Assembly (NCBI GenBank): GCA_963796685.1
Contig: CAWCMR010000008.1
Location: 416,001 to 480,000, forward strand
Reading direction: 5' to 3'
DNA length: 64,000 nucleotides
Source: an uncultured delta proteobacterium
GTDB taxonomy: Bacteria; Myxococcota_A; Polyangia; Fen-1088
Shown: in pieces, positions 53,230 to 62,029 of the stretch
How the letters are laid out: each line of letters begins with the position of its first letter
How positions within the stretch are numbered: the first letter of the stretch is position 1
The notes under the pieces: model-generated
Seen by the model: the letters and a program-made list of their open reading frames with translations, nothing else
The model's database searches: none
Told to the model about the DNA's origin: nothing
Made by a program: the position numbers and the translations under genes

Positions 53230-54717
53230 ATGCAATTGCAGCGAGAACTTCCGCTGATGGGACGGGTCTCCCTGGGAGCCAAGAACGCCATCTTGTCGAG
53301 CCTGCTGCGCGCGTCCGCCCATCTGCCGGAAGGTTTTCTGGTCAAGACCGTAAGAGGAATCGCGGGAACCAACGACTTCCCCATGGGGCAGAAGTTCTTG
53401 GAAAAGGCCCTGGTGTCGATGAAGCGGGCCATCTCGCGTTCCAACCCAAGGTGTCGCCGCAAGCTCATCGAGAACTTCGTCCTCGGCGAAATGGTGCGCG
53501 GACAAGCCAAGCGAAATTGGGTGACGGAACAGCTTGGCTACGAGATCCCGCTGCTCCTGGTGATCTCGCCCACCATGCGCTGTCCGCTCCGCTGCTATGG
53601 CTGCTATGCCGCCGAATACGGACAGGACTCCGATCTCGACTTCGAGTCCTTCGATCGCCTGATCGGCGAAGCCAAAGCCCTGGGAATCTACTTCTTCGTG
53701 ATCTCGGGCGGCGAGCCCTTCGCGTACAAGCGCATTGAGGAGATCTTTCGCAAACACGACGATGCCTGGTTTCAGGTCTACACATCGGGCGTGACCTTGA
53801 GCCAGACCGGCGTGGGGCGGCTCGCCGACCTCGGCAATGTCATGCCCTGCCTCAGCGTGGAAGGGTTCGAGGCCGAGACCGATCGCCGACGCGGGGCCGG
53901 GCATTTCGCCAAACTGCTGTCGGCTTTTGCCAATTTGCGCGCTGCCGGCGTTCCCTTCGGCTTCTCCGCGACCGCCACGCGCGAGAACAACGACCTGGTC
54001 GTCAGTGACGATTTCGCCCGCTTCTATCTCGAACAGGGCGCGTTGCTCGGTTGGTACTTCCAGTACATGCCCATCGGACGCGAACCGGCCCTCGCTCTCA
54101 TGCCGACGCCCGAACAGCGACTGCGACGCTTTCATCGCCTGCTCGAGCTGCGCGAGAAATTCGACGTTCTGCTCACGGATTTCTGGAACGACGGCCCCCT
54201 GGTGGGCGGCTGCATCGCCGGCTCGCGGCGCTATGTGCACGTGAACAACAAGGGAGACGTCGAGCCGTGCGTGTTCTGCCAGCTCACCACCGACAACATC
54301 CACGACAAGAGCCTGCTCGACATTCTACAGACCTCGCCCTTGCTCGCGGCGATTCGCAAGCGGCAGCCCTACAGCGACAACTACCTGCGCCCCTGCATGA
54401 TGCTCGACAATCCGCAGACCCTCAAGGAGGTCATCGACGAGGCCAACCCGCGGGAGACCTGCCGCGGAGGAGCCCGGCGGCTGGTGAACGATCTCTACCC
54501 CCACCTGCAGGCCTACGCGACGCGCTGGGGCGAGCTGGCAGACAAGGAGTGGAGGGAGCGCTACCAAGACGACTACCGCGAGGTCCTCGCCAAGGCGCAT
54601 GCCTTGAGCGAAAACTTCGCGCGCTGTCAGCAAGCCTGCCGCGAGGAAGAGGCCGCCAAGCGCGAGCATGCGAGCGGCATCGGGCGCGGCTGCGACAAGC
54701 TGTCGGCGACGATGTAG
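53230..54717 (+). CDS. Radical SAM protein with C-terminal SPASM/twitch-like Cys region
   Basis: CPLRCYGC, SGGEPF, GGCIAG..VEPCVFC. Confidence 0.88.
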   Translation: MQLQRELPLMGRVSLGAKNAILSSLLRASAHLPEGFLVKTVRGIAGTNDFPMGQKFLEKALVSMKRAISRSNPRCRRKLIENFVLGEMVRGQAKRNWVTEQLGYEIPLLLVISPTMRCPLRCYGCYAAEYGQDSDLDFESFDRLIGEAKALGIYFFVISGGEPFAYKRIEEIFRKHDDAWFQVYTSGVTLSQTGVGRLADLGNVMPCLSVEGFEAETDRRRGAGHFAKLLSAFANLRAAGVPFGFSATATRENNDLVVSDDFARFYLEQGALLGWYFQYMPIGREPALALMPTPEQRLRRFHRLLELREKFDVLLTDFWNDGPLVGGCIAGSRRYVHVNNKGDVEPCVFCQLTTDNIHDKSLLDILQTSPLLAAIRKRQPYSDNYLRPCMMLDNPQTLKEVIDEANPRETCRGGARRLVNDLYPHLQAYATRWGELADKEWRERYQDDYREVLAKAHALSENFARCQQACREEEAAKREHASGIGRGCDKLSATM

Positions 54718-54758
54718 CTTGTCGACGTGGAGCGCGCGTCTTCTCGAAGCGTGGCCAG

Positions 54759-55241
54759 TCAGCCCTTGCGATAGCGAAGACCAGAGGCGGTGGTCAAGAG
54801 GGCGCGCTCCTTGAGGATGGCCGCGTCCTCGATCTGCCCCATCACGACCAAGTGGTCGCCGGCCTCCACGATGCTGGTGACTTCGCAGTCGAAGTAGGCC
54901 ACGGCGTCGGTCAGGATGGCCGCCCCGCTGTCGGAGGCACGTTGCGCGACATCGGCCAGCTTGTCGTCGCGGTTGGTTGCCTGTTTGGCGAAGCGACCGG
55001 CCAGCACGGCCTGGTCCTCCCCGAGGAGGTTGACGCAAAAGTTCTTGGTGCTGCGCAGGAGATCGACGCTGTAGTGCAGCTTGTCCACCGCGACCATGAG
55101 CATCGGCGGGTTGAACGAAACCTGGCTCATCCACGAGATGGTCAACCCGTTCTCGACCTGGGCCCCACCCCGCCCCATGGTCACCACGGACACGCCGTAG
55201 GGGATCTTGGCCAGGACATCGCTGAAATTGCTCTCGCTCAT
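54759..55241 (-). CDS. Flavin reductase-like (DIM6/NTAB) protein
   Basis: IPYGVSVVT, QVSFNPP, AGDH. Confidence 0.9.
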   Translation of the reverse strand: MSESNFSDVLAKIPYGVSVVTMGRGGAQVENGLTISWMSQVSFNPPMLMVAVDKLHYSVDLLRSTKNFCVNLLGEDQAVLAGRFAKQATNRDDKLADVAQRASDSGAAILTDAVAYFDCEVTSIVEAGDHLVVMGQIEDAAILKERALLTTASGLRYRKG

Positions 55242-55353
55242 GGGGCACCTCGGGGTGGGTCGTCAAAAAGAAGGAGGTCAGGCTATGCGACGACGGCGCC
55301 CGAGGCAAGCGAGGACGCTCGCCGCCCGGAAAAAGTGCGGGATGCTGAACGGG

Positions 55354-56583
55354 CTACGGCACGTACGGCGGGAAGGGCGGAGCGCCCTCACACCCGAAGA
55401 GAATCTGGACGCTCGTGTCCTTGCCCGCGGTGATGTCGTCGCAGTACGAGCCGGTGAGGACGATTTCCTGCGGATTCGAGCCGAAGGTCCAGCCATTGCC
55501 GCTGTCTTGCGCCACCTGTTGCTTGTTCACGTAGACGGCGATGTTGTTCGGGTCTTGCGGCGTTGTACTGGTTGGGTCGACCGTGAACGAGCACGAGCCG
55601 ACCAGCTTGCTGATGGACGAAAGTGCGTCCGCCAACTGCTGCGGCGAATTGGCTGGGAAGTAGTCCGTGGTCCCGCCCGCGCTGGCCAACTGCGTTAGAT
55701 TGCCCAGATTCGGTCCGATGCCAACCACGTAAACCGGGAATCCTGCTGTCAGGGCGGCGGCGGCGGCGGTGCTGGCGCCGGTCACGTCGTCGGTATTGAT
55801 GCTGGCCGGGCTGCCGCCGCAGTTGGGCTCGCCGTCGGTGGCCACGAGAATGACCTTCTTGTTCGAATCGGTGAGGGTCTGCAGATAGGCCGTGGCGGCG
55901 TTGATGGCGGCCGTCGTGGGCGTACCCAGGCTCTTGGTGGCATTGGCGATGTCGGCTTGGACAGCGGCGGCCGAGTTGGGGTCTATCTTGACTTCGACAC
56001 CCGCCGTGACGCCGCAGTTGGAGGTGCTGGACGAGGGGAAGAACTTCAGCCCCCAGTCGACGTTGCTGGAGCTCGACAAGGTTGCCGTCACCGCCGGCTC
56101 GATGGCATTCCACCTCGTCGTGCAGTTTGTCGTATCGGCGCACAGATTGCCAAAAGTTCCGCCGGTGGTCGAGCAATAGCAGTCCTCGTCGATGCTGTAG
56201 TCCATCGAGGCCGAACAATCCAGGACCAGCAGAACATCCACCGACTCGCGGGTCGTGTTGCTGGTAGCCATTCCACAGTTGGCGTCCGCCGTCGGCGCCG
56301 GGGGCAAGTCGGGCTCGGCGTCGGCCGTTCCCCACCAGGCCGGGGGCGCGTCCAGGTTGAACGTGACGATGGCGGCATCGCGCCCATCTGCCCCGCCCGT
56401 CGCGGCGGTTGTGTCGTTGCCCCCCATGGAGCCGGTTTGGCCGCCGTCTCCGACGGCCCCTCCGTTGCCGCTGGATACACCGATGTCAGGCGTCTTCGTG
56501 CAATCAGGCAGCAGCAACCCCGTAACTGTGCACGCGGCAATTAAACTGACCCTTCTTACGACTCTGTTCGGATTCATTGCCAC
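55354..56583 (-). CDS. von Willebrand factor A domain lipoprotein
   Basis: Signal with Cys (LPDC); MIDAS DCSAS, TPT, ATDG. Confidence 0.82.
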   Translation of the reverse strand: MAMNPNRVVRRVSLIAACTVTGLLLPDCTKTPDIGVSSGNGGAVGDGGQTGSMGGNDTTAATGGADGRDAAIVTFNLDAPPAWWGTADAEPDLPPAPTADANCGMATSNTTRESVDVLLVLDCSASMDYSIDEDCYCSTTGGTFGNLCADTTNCTTRWNAIEPAVTATLSSSSNVDWGLKFFPSSSTSNCGVTAGVEVKIDPNSAAAVQADIANATKSLGTPTTAAINAATAYLQTLTDSNKKVILVATDGEPNCGGSPASINTDDVTGASTAAAAALTAGFPVYVVGIGPNLGNLTQLASAGGTTDYFPANSPQQLADALSSISKLVGSCSFTVDPTSTTPQDPNNIAVYVNKQQVAQDSGNGWTFGSNPQEIVLTGSYCDDITAGKDTSVQILFGCEGAPPFPPYVP

Positions 56584-56783
56584 TCCTTCGATTCGAGGAG
56601 ACGTTCGCCCAACCCCTTTCCAACACCGACCACCTAACGATGCAAGGGGAATCTACCAAAAAGAAGTGGCCGCGCCGCCTGTTCCGTGTCGGCGGCACGA
56701 ATTTATTCTTTACCGCCTTGAGTCATTCGACACGACAGAGATATGCCGCAGGGAAGCTAAGGCCTTAAGGCCGCGCGCGGCGA

Positions 56784-58073
56784 CTAGAAGAAGAAGACCT
56801 GCCACTGCAGGTTGAACTGGTTGTATCCGTTGGCCTCGCCGTTGGTCTTCACGTGGGTGTAGAAGGCCTTGACGTTGCTGGTGTGCCCGTAGGGCCAGAA
56901 CGCCAGGCCGCCGCTGAGACGAGTTTCGTTCTGGACATCTCCGCTGCCCCACCGCTGCTCGACGTGAACGATGGGACTCAGGCGAACTACGGCGATGGTG
57001 TATCCCGCCTCGCCCATCAGCGCGGTCTGCTTGACCATCGCGGGAATGAAGGTGCCCCCATCCCAGTGCGCCAAGTTGACCTGCGCCGTCACCACCCCCG
57101 GTCCAGCCGGCAGATCCACGATACCGTCGGCGGCAAAGTATTTGTACTTGTCTTGGAAATCGTAGGAGCCACCGATGGACGCGACCTTCTTGGCCCCGAG
57201 GTAGGTTCCCGCGTAGAAGAAGCCCGGTTCGGGGTCGAGGAAGTTGATCTGCAGGCGTCCGGTGACCCGGAAGAAGTTACGCGCAGCAACATCCCCATTG
57301 GCGCTCTGATTTTCGCGCAGACCCTGGAAGATGCCCAGGCGGTATTCGATGTGTCCGTCGAGCACGAGACCGCGCAACTGCACGCCGGCATCGCGGCCCA
57401 CCGAGCTTCCCGCGGTGCCGAACACACCGGGAGCGCTGTGCACGAAGCTGTAGTTGTAATAATCAAAGCCGTAGAGCGTCCCCGCTCCTTGCAGGGCGTT
57501 GTGGGCCAGGGCCGGCAGCATGTAGCCGGCATCGACTTTGAGCATGTTGCCGTAGGCCTTGAAGGTCACGAAAGCATCTTGGACATTCATCCCCGTCGTG
57601 TTCTTCAAATAGTCAGGAGCGGCCGCGGTTCCGGTGTTGCTGTCCAGAAACAGGTTCGGATAGTCGGTGTCGACGAAGTACTCGATCTTGTCCAGCAAGG
57701 TGCCGCCAAGCAGGATACGTGTCCTGCGCACGTACATGTTCTTGGAATAGCCGCTCAGCGTTGGGCTGTTCACCACTTGCAGCTGCGGCTGAAGCAGCAG
57801 ACCGATGCGAATGCTGGTTCCGTTCGGTCCCTCGATGCGAAGTGGGCTGGCGGACGGCGGGACCAGGGACGGTTCGGACACCGCCGGGGGCGCAGGCGGG
57901 GGCGGCTGCGGCGCTACGACGGAAACGCTCGGAGGCGTGGGCTGTTGTTCGGCTGCCGGAGCAGTTGCCGCTTCGGGTTCCGCAGCAGGGGTCGGCTCCT
58001 CCGCCAATGCACCCGATGCGCTCAGGAGCAAACCAAACACGATTACCACGGAACTTCTGAATTCACGATTCAT
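56784..58073 (-). CDS. Outer-membrane porin (OprO/P-like)
   Basis: Signal peptide; YVRRTRI, QDAF, GRDAGV; terminal Phe. Confidence 0.75.
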   Translation of the reverse strand: MNREFRSSVVIVFGLLLSASGALAEEPTPAAEPEAATAPAAEQQPTPPSVSVVAPQPPPPAPPAVSEPSLVPPSASPLRIEGPNGTSIRIGLLLQPQLQVVNSPTLSGYSKNMYVRRTRILLGGTLLDKIEYFVDTDYPNLFLDSNTGTAAAPDYLKNTTGMNVQDAFVTFKAYGNMLKVDAGYMLPALAHNALQGAGTLYGFDYYNYSFVHSAPGVFGTAGSSVGRDAGVQLRGLVLDGHIEYRLGIFQGLRENQSANGDVAARNFFRVTGRLQINFLDPEPGFFYAGTYLGAKKVASIGGSYDFQDKYKYFAADGIVDLPAGPGVVTAQVNLAHWDGGTFIPAMVKQTALMGEAGYTIAVVRLSPIVHVEQRWGSGDVQNETRLSGGLAFWPYGHTSNVKAFYTHVKTNGEANGYNQFNLQWQVFFF

Positions 58074-58124
58074 CGCTCTATACCTCCCATGAAATTCACG
58101 AATGCTGTCGGGCGACCAAGCGTA

Positions 58125-58152
58125 GATGCCCGCGCGTCACATTCCGTTACAC
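58125..58152 (-). promoter_or_regulatory. Putative promoter/operator TGTAAC-N16-GCATC upstream of the porin gene
   Basis: GTGTAACGGAATGTGACGCGCGGGCATC; same motif and spacing at 59918-59945. Confidence 0.55.
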
Positions 58153-58260
58153 ACCGAGGATGCAATTCCTCACGTTCGATTCGCTGCCACCGCCGCGTCC
58201 CCCCTGACATCCCCCCAATCGCAAAAAGCGACGAAGCCAGCTGGTCGATATGGCCGATTG

Positions 58261-59679
58261 CTACGTGCTGATGACATCCGCCTCGATCTTGTGGTCCTTC
58301 GTCTCGCGGATATACAAACTGCTGACGACGACGGTCAGGATGCAAACCCCGATGGGATACATGAGTCCCGTGTAGATCGAGTTTGCCCCGAAGGTGGTCT
58401 TGGCCCAGGCCGAAGCCGTCACAGCCGTTGCAATGAGTGGCAAGAAACCGCCAAACCAACCATTGCCGAAATGGTACGGCACCGACATCGAGGTGTAGCG
58501 AATCTTGGTAGGGAAGAGCTCGACCAGGAACGCCGCTATCGGGCCATACACCATGCAGACGTAAACCATCTGTAGCGACAGCAGCAAAATCATCATCGGC
58601 CAATTGATGTCGGAGGCAGCGGCCACCGCCAGCCCGTTCGGATTCGAGAATGCCTTCATGCCCATGTAGATCGGGACATAGGTCAGCGCCGCGAGGATGC
58701 ATCCGGCCATCATGATCTTCTTTCTCCCGATCCGATCGGAAAGCCGGCCAAAGAAGATGAACAGGGGCGTCGTAAGAATGAGCGAAGCCGAGACCATGAG
58801 GTAGGACGACTGCCACGAGACCTTGAGCACGCTTCGGAGGAAGGTGAGAGCATAGAATTGCCCCGTGTACCAGACCACGCCCTGCCCAGCGGTCGCGCCG
58901 AACAGGGCGATGAGCACGTACTTCACGTTCACGGGATTGGTAAAGCTTTCTTTCAGTGGATTGACGGAGGTTTTCCCGCTGCTCTTGAGGCGCGCGAAGA
59001 CAGGGGATTCCTTCATCTTCAAGCGAACGTAGAGCGACACGGCAAGCAGCGCGAAGGAGAGAAGAAAGGGGATGCGCCAACCGAAGCTCCGGAAGGATGC
59101 TTCGTCGAGCAACGAGCGCGTCGCTCCGATGACCCCCATGCTGAGGAAGAAGCCGAGGGTGGCAGTGGTCTGGATGAAGCTGGTGTAGAGGCCACGCTTG
59201 TTGTCCGGAACGTGCTCTGCGATGTACGTCGCCGCTCCTCCGTACTCGCCGCCCAGCGCGAGTCCCTGCAGCAACCGCAAGCCCACCAACATCACGGTGG
59301 CAAGGATGCCGGCCGAGGCGTAGGAGGGGAGCAAACCGGTCAGCGCCGTCGCAATCCCCATGGTCGCCATGGTGACGAGGAAAGTGTATTTGCGGCCGAT
59401 GAGATCCCCGATGTGCCCGAACACCAACGCGCCCAGGGGCCTCACGCCGAACCCGGCGCCGAAGGTGGCCAAGCTGGCCAGCAACTGTGCCGTGGCGTTG
59501 CCCTTGGGGAAGAAGAGTCCCCCGAAGAAGACCGCCAAGCTGCCATATAGATAGAAGTCGTACCACTCGAACAGCGTTCCCAGCGACGCGGCAAGGATGA
59601 CCTTCTTCAGGTTGACTTCGCCCGGACCATCCTTTGTGGATACCGCTCTATCCGATACATTGAGCGCTTCGATTGCCAT
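58261..59679 (-). CDS. MFS transporter, metabolite:H+ symporter (MHS) family
   Basis: GTLFEWYDF, RPLGALVFG.IGD.IGRK, QGLALGGEYGG, ELFPT.IRY. Confidence 0.93.
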   Translation of the reverse strand: MAIEALNVSDRAVSTKDGPGEVNLKKVILAASLGTLFEWYDFYLYGSLAVFFGGLFFPKGNATAQLLASLATFGAGFGVRPLGALVFGHIGDLIGRKYTFLVTMATMGIATALTGLLPSYASAGILATVMLVGLRLLQGLALGGEYGGAATYIAEHVPDNKRGLYTSFIQTTATLGFFLSMGVIGATRSLLDEASFRSFGWRIPFLLSFALLAVSLYVRLKMKESPVFARLKSSGKTSVNPLKESFTNPVNVKYVLIALFGATAGQGVVWYTGQFYALTFLRSVLKVSWQSSYLMVSASLILTTPLFIFFGRLSDRIGRKKIMMAGCILAALTYVPIYMGMKAFSNPNGLAVAAASDINWPMMILLLSLQMVYVCMVYGPIAAFLVELFPTKIRYTSMSVPYHFGNGWFGGFLPLIATAVTASAWAKTTFGANSIYTGLMYPIGVCILTVVVSSLYIRETKDHKIEADVIST

Positions 59680-59917
59680 GCAAGTTCCTCTCGCAAACTC
59701 GGTCGCGGTGGCCGCGACCCGCCATGATTCACCAGTCTTGCCGATTCGTCGTGCGCCCGGACCGCGGCGCCGAAGGTCGTATTCCGGGGCGATGTCAGCC
59801 CGCCAGGACGCCGTGTTCCTTCGCCCCAGATCGATACAGCACCACCGCTCTGGTCAGCTCGGATTGAGACGCTATCGCGGGCATGGACTTCCCTTTCCTC
59901 ACCACGAAACACCTTGC

Positions 59918-59945
59918 GATGCTTGGTGTCGGGAATCCGTTACAC
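59918..59945 (-). promoter_or_regulatory. Putative promoter/operator TGTAAC-N16-GCATC upstream of the MFS gene
   Basis: GTGTAACGGATTCCCGACACCAAGCATC. Confidence 0.55.
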
Positions 59946-60204
59946 AAGTTCTCCACTGTTCACGAGCTGGGGCTTCGTTCAAGCCGTGGCGCGGCTTCCG
60001 CGCCTGGCCGGCCATTCTCATTTGTGGCAGTCTGTTCTCAATTATGGCGGTTGTCGCCAGTCGCCAACCGGGCCCAGAGCTCCTTATTGCATCTTCGAAG
60101 TCCGACCCATTGCCTTATTGGGGCTGGCCGCGAATTGCGTTGCCATCCGGTTCGTAACTATGGAGCTTCGATTGCGCCGATGTCCGGCGCCATGGCGCTC
60201 TTGG

Positions 60205-60242
60205 CCACGGCCACGACCTCCCGCGCCTGTCGCGGGATTATG
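60205..60242. repeat. Dispersed repeat copy B
   Basis: ccacggccacgacctcccgcgcctgtcgcgggattatg, one mismatch to 53110-53147. Confidence 0.75.
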
Positions 60243-60442
60243 ATGTCTTCGGCCCCTTGCCGGCGAACCTGCCGAGGTGATAGGTTGCGTCGCATTTTGC
60301 GCTTGGAGAGGTCATGAACGCTGCCGAGATCCTGGACTTCATAAGGTGTACTATGTGAAGCGTGGAAGGCGTTCTACGCCCATGTGCTTCCTCGGTTGAA
60401 GCGCATCTCCGACGGGATCGAGGATCAAGCAGGGGGTGACCC

Positions 60443-61894
60443 ATGACCAGACTGCCATCCAGCCTGTGTACCGCATTCGTCTTGCTCGCCGGAGCCTGCG
60501 GCGGCCTGGGCGAAAGACCCGGGAGCCCCGATGGTGCAAAACGGCCCCCCGTCCCTATCCCGCCGAATGTGTTGATTCTGCTCACCGATGACCAGCGCTA
60601 CGACACCATCCATGCCCTGGGCAATCAGCTCATCCAGACTCCCAACATGGACCGACTTGCCTACGCCGGCACGTCCTTCAGCCAGGCCGCCTGTCAGGGC
60701 GGGGTCAACGGCGCGGTTTGCATCACCAGCCGGGCCTCGCTGATGACCGGACGGACCATCAATCACTTGGAGGGTGACGACGGGGCGGGCGAGATCATCC
60801 CTCCCGAGCACACGACGTTGCCGGAGCTGCTGCGCCAGGCGGGATACTTCACCTTTGCCACGGGCAAATGGCACAGCGACCGGGCATCGTTCGCGCGGAT
60901 TTTCGACTACGCCGACAACATCTTCTTCGGGGGCATGCATTTCCCCGAGGATGGCGGACACGAACACCCGCTGCTCTACCATTTCGATCCCACGGGCGAG
61001 TATCCCCCCGAGGCACAGTTTCACGGCGACAAGTTCTCGAGCACGATGTACGCGGACGCCGCCGTCGCCTTCCTCGAGAGTCTGCCAGCGGGGGGACCGC
61101 CCTTCTTCGCCTACGTCGCGTTCACCTCGCCGCACGACCCACGCACGCCCCCTGCGCCCTTCGATGCCATGTACGACCCCGAGCAGACGCCCCTGCCGGA
61201 CAACTTTCTGCCCGAGCATCCCTTCGACAACGGCGAGCTGCACAACCGCGACGAGGACCTGTTGCCCATTCCTCGGGATCCCGCTCAGGTCAAGCAGCAG
61301 ATCGCCGCCTACTACGGCATGATCTCCGAGGTCGATGCCCAGATCGGGCGCATCCTCGACACCTTGGAAGAGCGGAGCTTGCTCGACCGGACGTTGATCT
61401 TTTTCGCCGGTGACAACGGCCTGGCGTTGGGCTCGCATGGGCTTCTTGGCAAACAGAATGTCTATGACGACAGCGTTCGCGTGCCCATGATCCTCGCCGG
61501 GCCGGGCATTGCCGCGAATGCCATCGACGGGCGATTCGTCTACCTGCACGATCTGCTGCCCACCGTGGCAGCTCTGCTCGGCCTCGCCCCACCAGCGAGC
61601 AGCCAGGGCAACGCGCTGCTGGGGGCAGGCGCCGCGTTTTCCCGACAAAACGCCTACCATCAGTATCGGGACCTCCATCGAGCCATTCGCACCGCGGACC
61701 ACTGGAAGATCATCGGCTACCGGCTGACAGCCACCGGCGCGCAATTCGATCGTCTGCAGCTTTTCAATCTCAGTGTCGACCCAAGCGAAATGAACGACCT
61801 GTCCGCTGCGGACGAATATCAGGCCAAGCTTACCGACCTGCAGTCCCTGCTAGCCGGCGAACGCGCACGCTACGACGATCCTCTGCTTCAGTAG
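60443..61894 (+). CDS. Sulfatase (S1 family) lipoprotein
   Basis: PNVLILLTDDQ, TPNMDRLA, CITSRASLMTG, GKWH, SPHDP, GDNG..GKQ. Confidence 0.9.
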   Translation: MTRLPSSLCTAFVLLAGACGGLGERPGSPDGAKRPPVPIPPNVLILLTDDQRYDTIHALGNQLIQTPNMDRLAYAGTSFSQAACQGGVNGAVCITSRASLMTGRTINHLEGDDGAGEIIPPEHTTLPELLRQAGYFTFATGKWHSDRASFARIFDYADNIFFGGMHFPEDGGHEHPLLYHFDPTGEYPPEAQFHGDKFSSTMYADAAVAFLESLPAGGPPFFAYVAFTSPHDPRTPPAPFDAMYDPEQTPLPDNFLPEHPFDNGELHNRDEDLLPIPRDPAQVKQQIAAYYGMISEVDAQIGRILDTLEERSLLDRTLIFFAGDNGLALGSHGLLGKQNVYDDSVRVPMILAGPGIAANAIDGRFVYLHDLLPTVAALLGLAPPASSQGNALLGAGAAFSRQNAYHQYRDLHRAIRTADHWKIIGYRLTATGAQFDRLQLFNLSVDPSEMNDLSAADEYQAKLTDLQSLLAGERARYDDPLLQ

Positions 61895-61924
61895 AACGGC
61901 AGTGTGCCATAGCCCAACACGACT

Positions 61925-62029
61925 GAACGCTCGCTTGAATACCTCTAGTATTCGGCGCTTCGCTGCTCCTTGCATCCGGCCCGAATCCACTCCGAATAGC
62001 CCGGTCCGGCTTCCACCACGGGCTGCTAG
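61925..62029. mobile_element. Truncated MITE-like remnant
   Basis: Core aatac-ctcta-gtatt hairpin resembles that of the 10174 element; ends ccacgggctgctag at the neighbouring stop codon; partner IR not seen. Confidence 0.4.

Noticed and set aside
51819-54717. RiPP cluster or anaerobic sulfatase maturase
   Set aside because: No precursor peptide, RRE or transporter seen; the sequences do not resemble anSME as far as I can judge.
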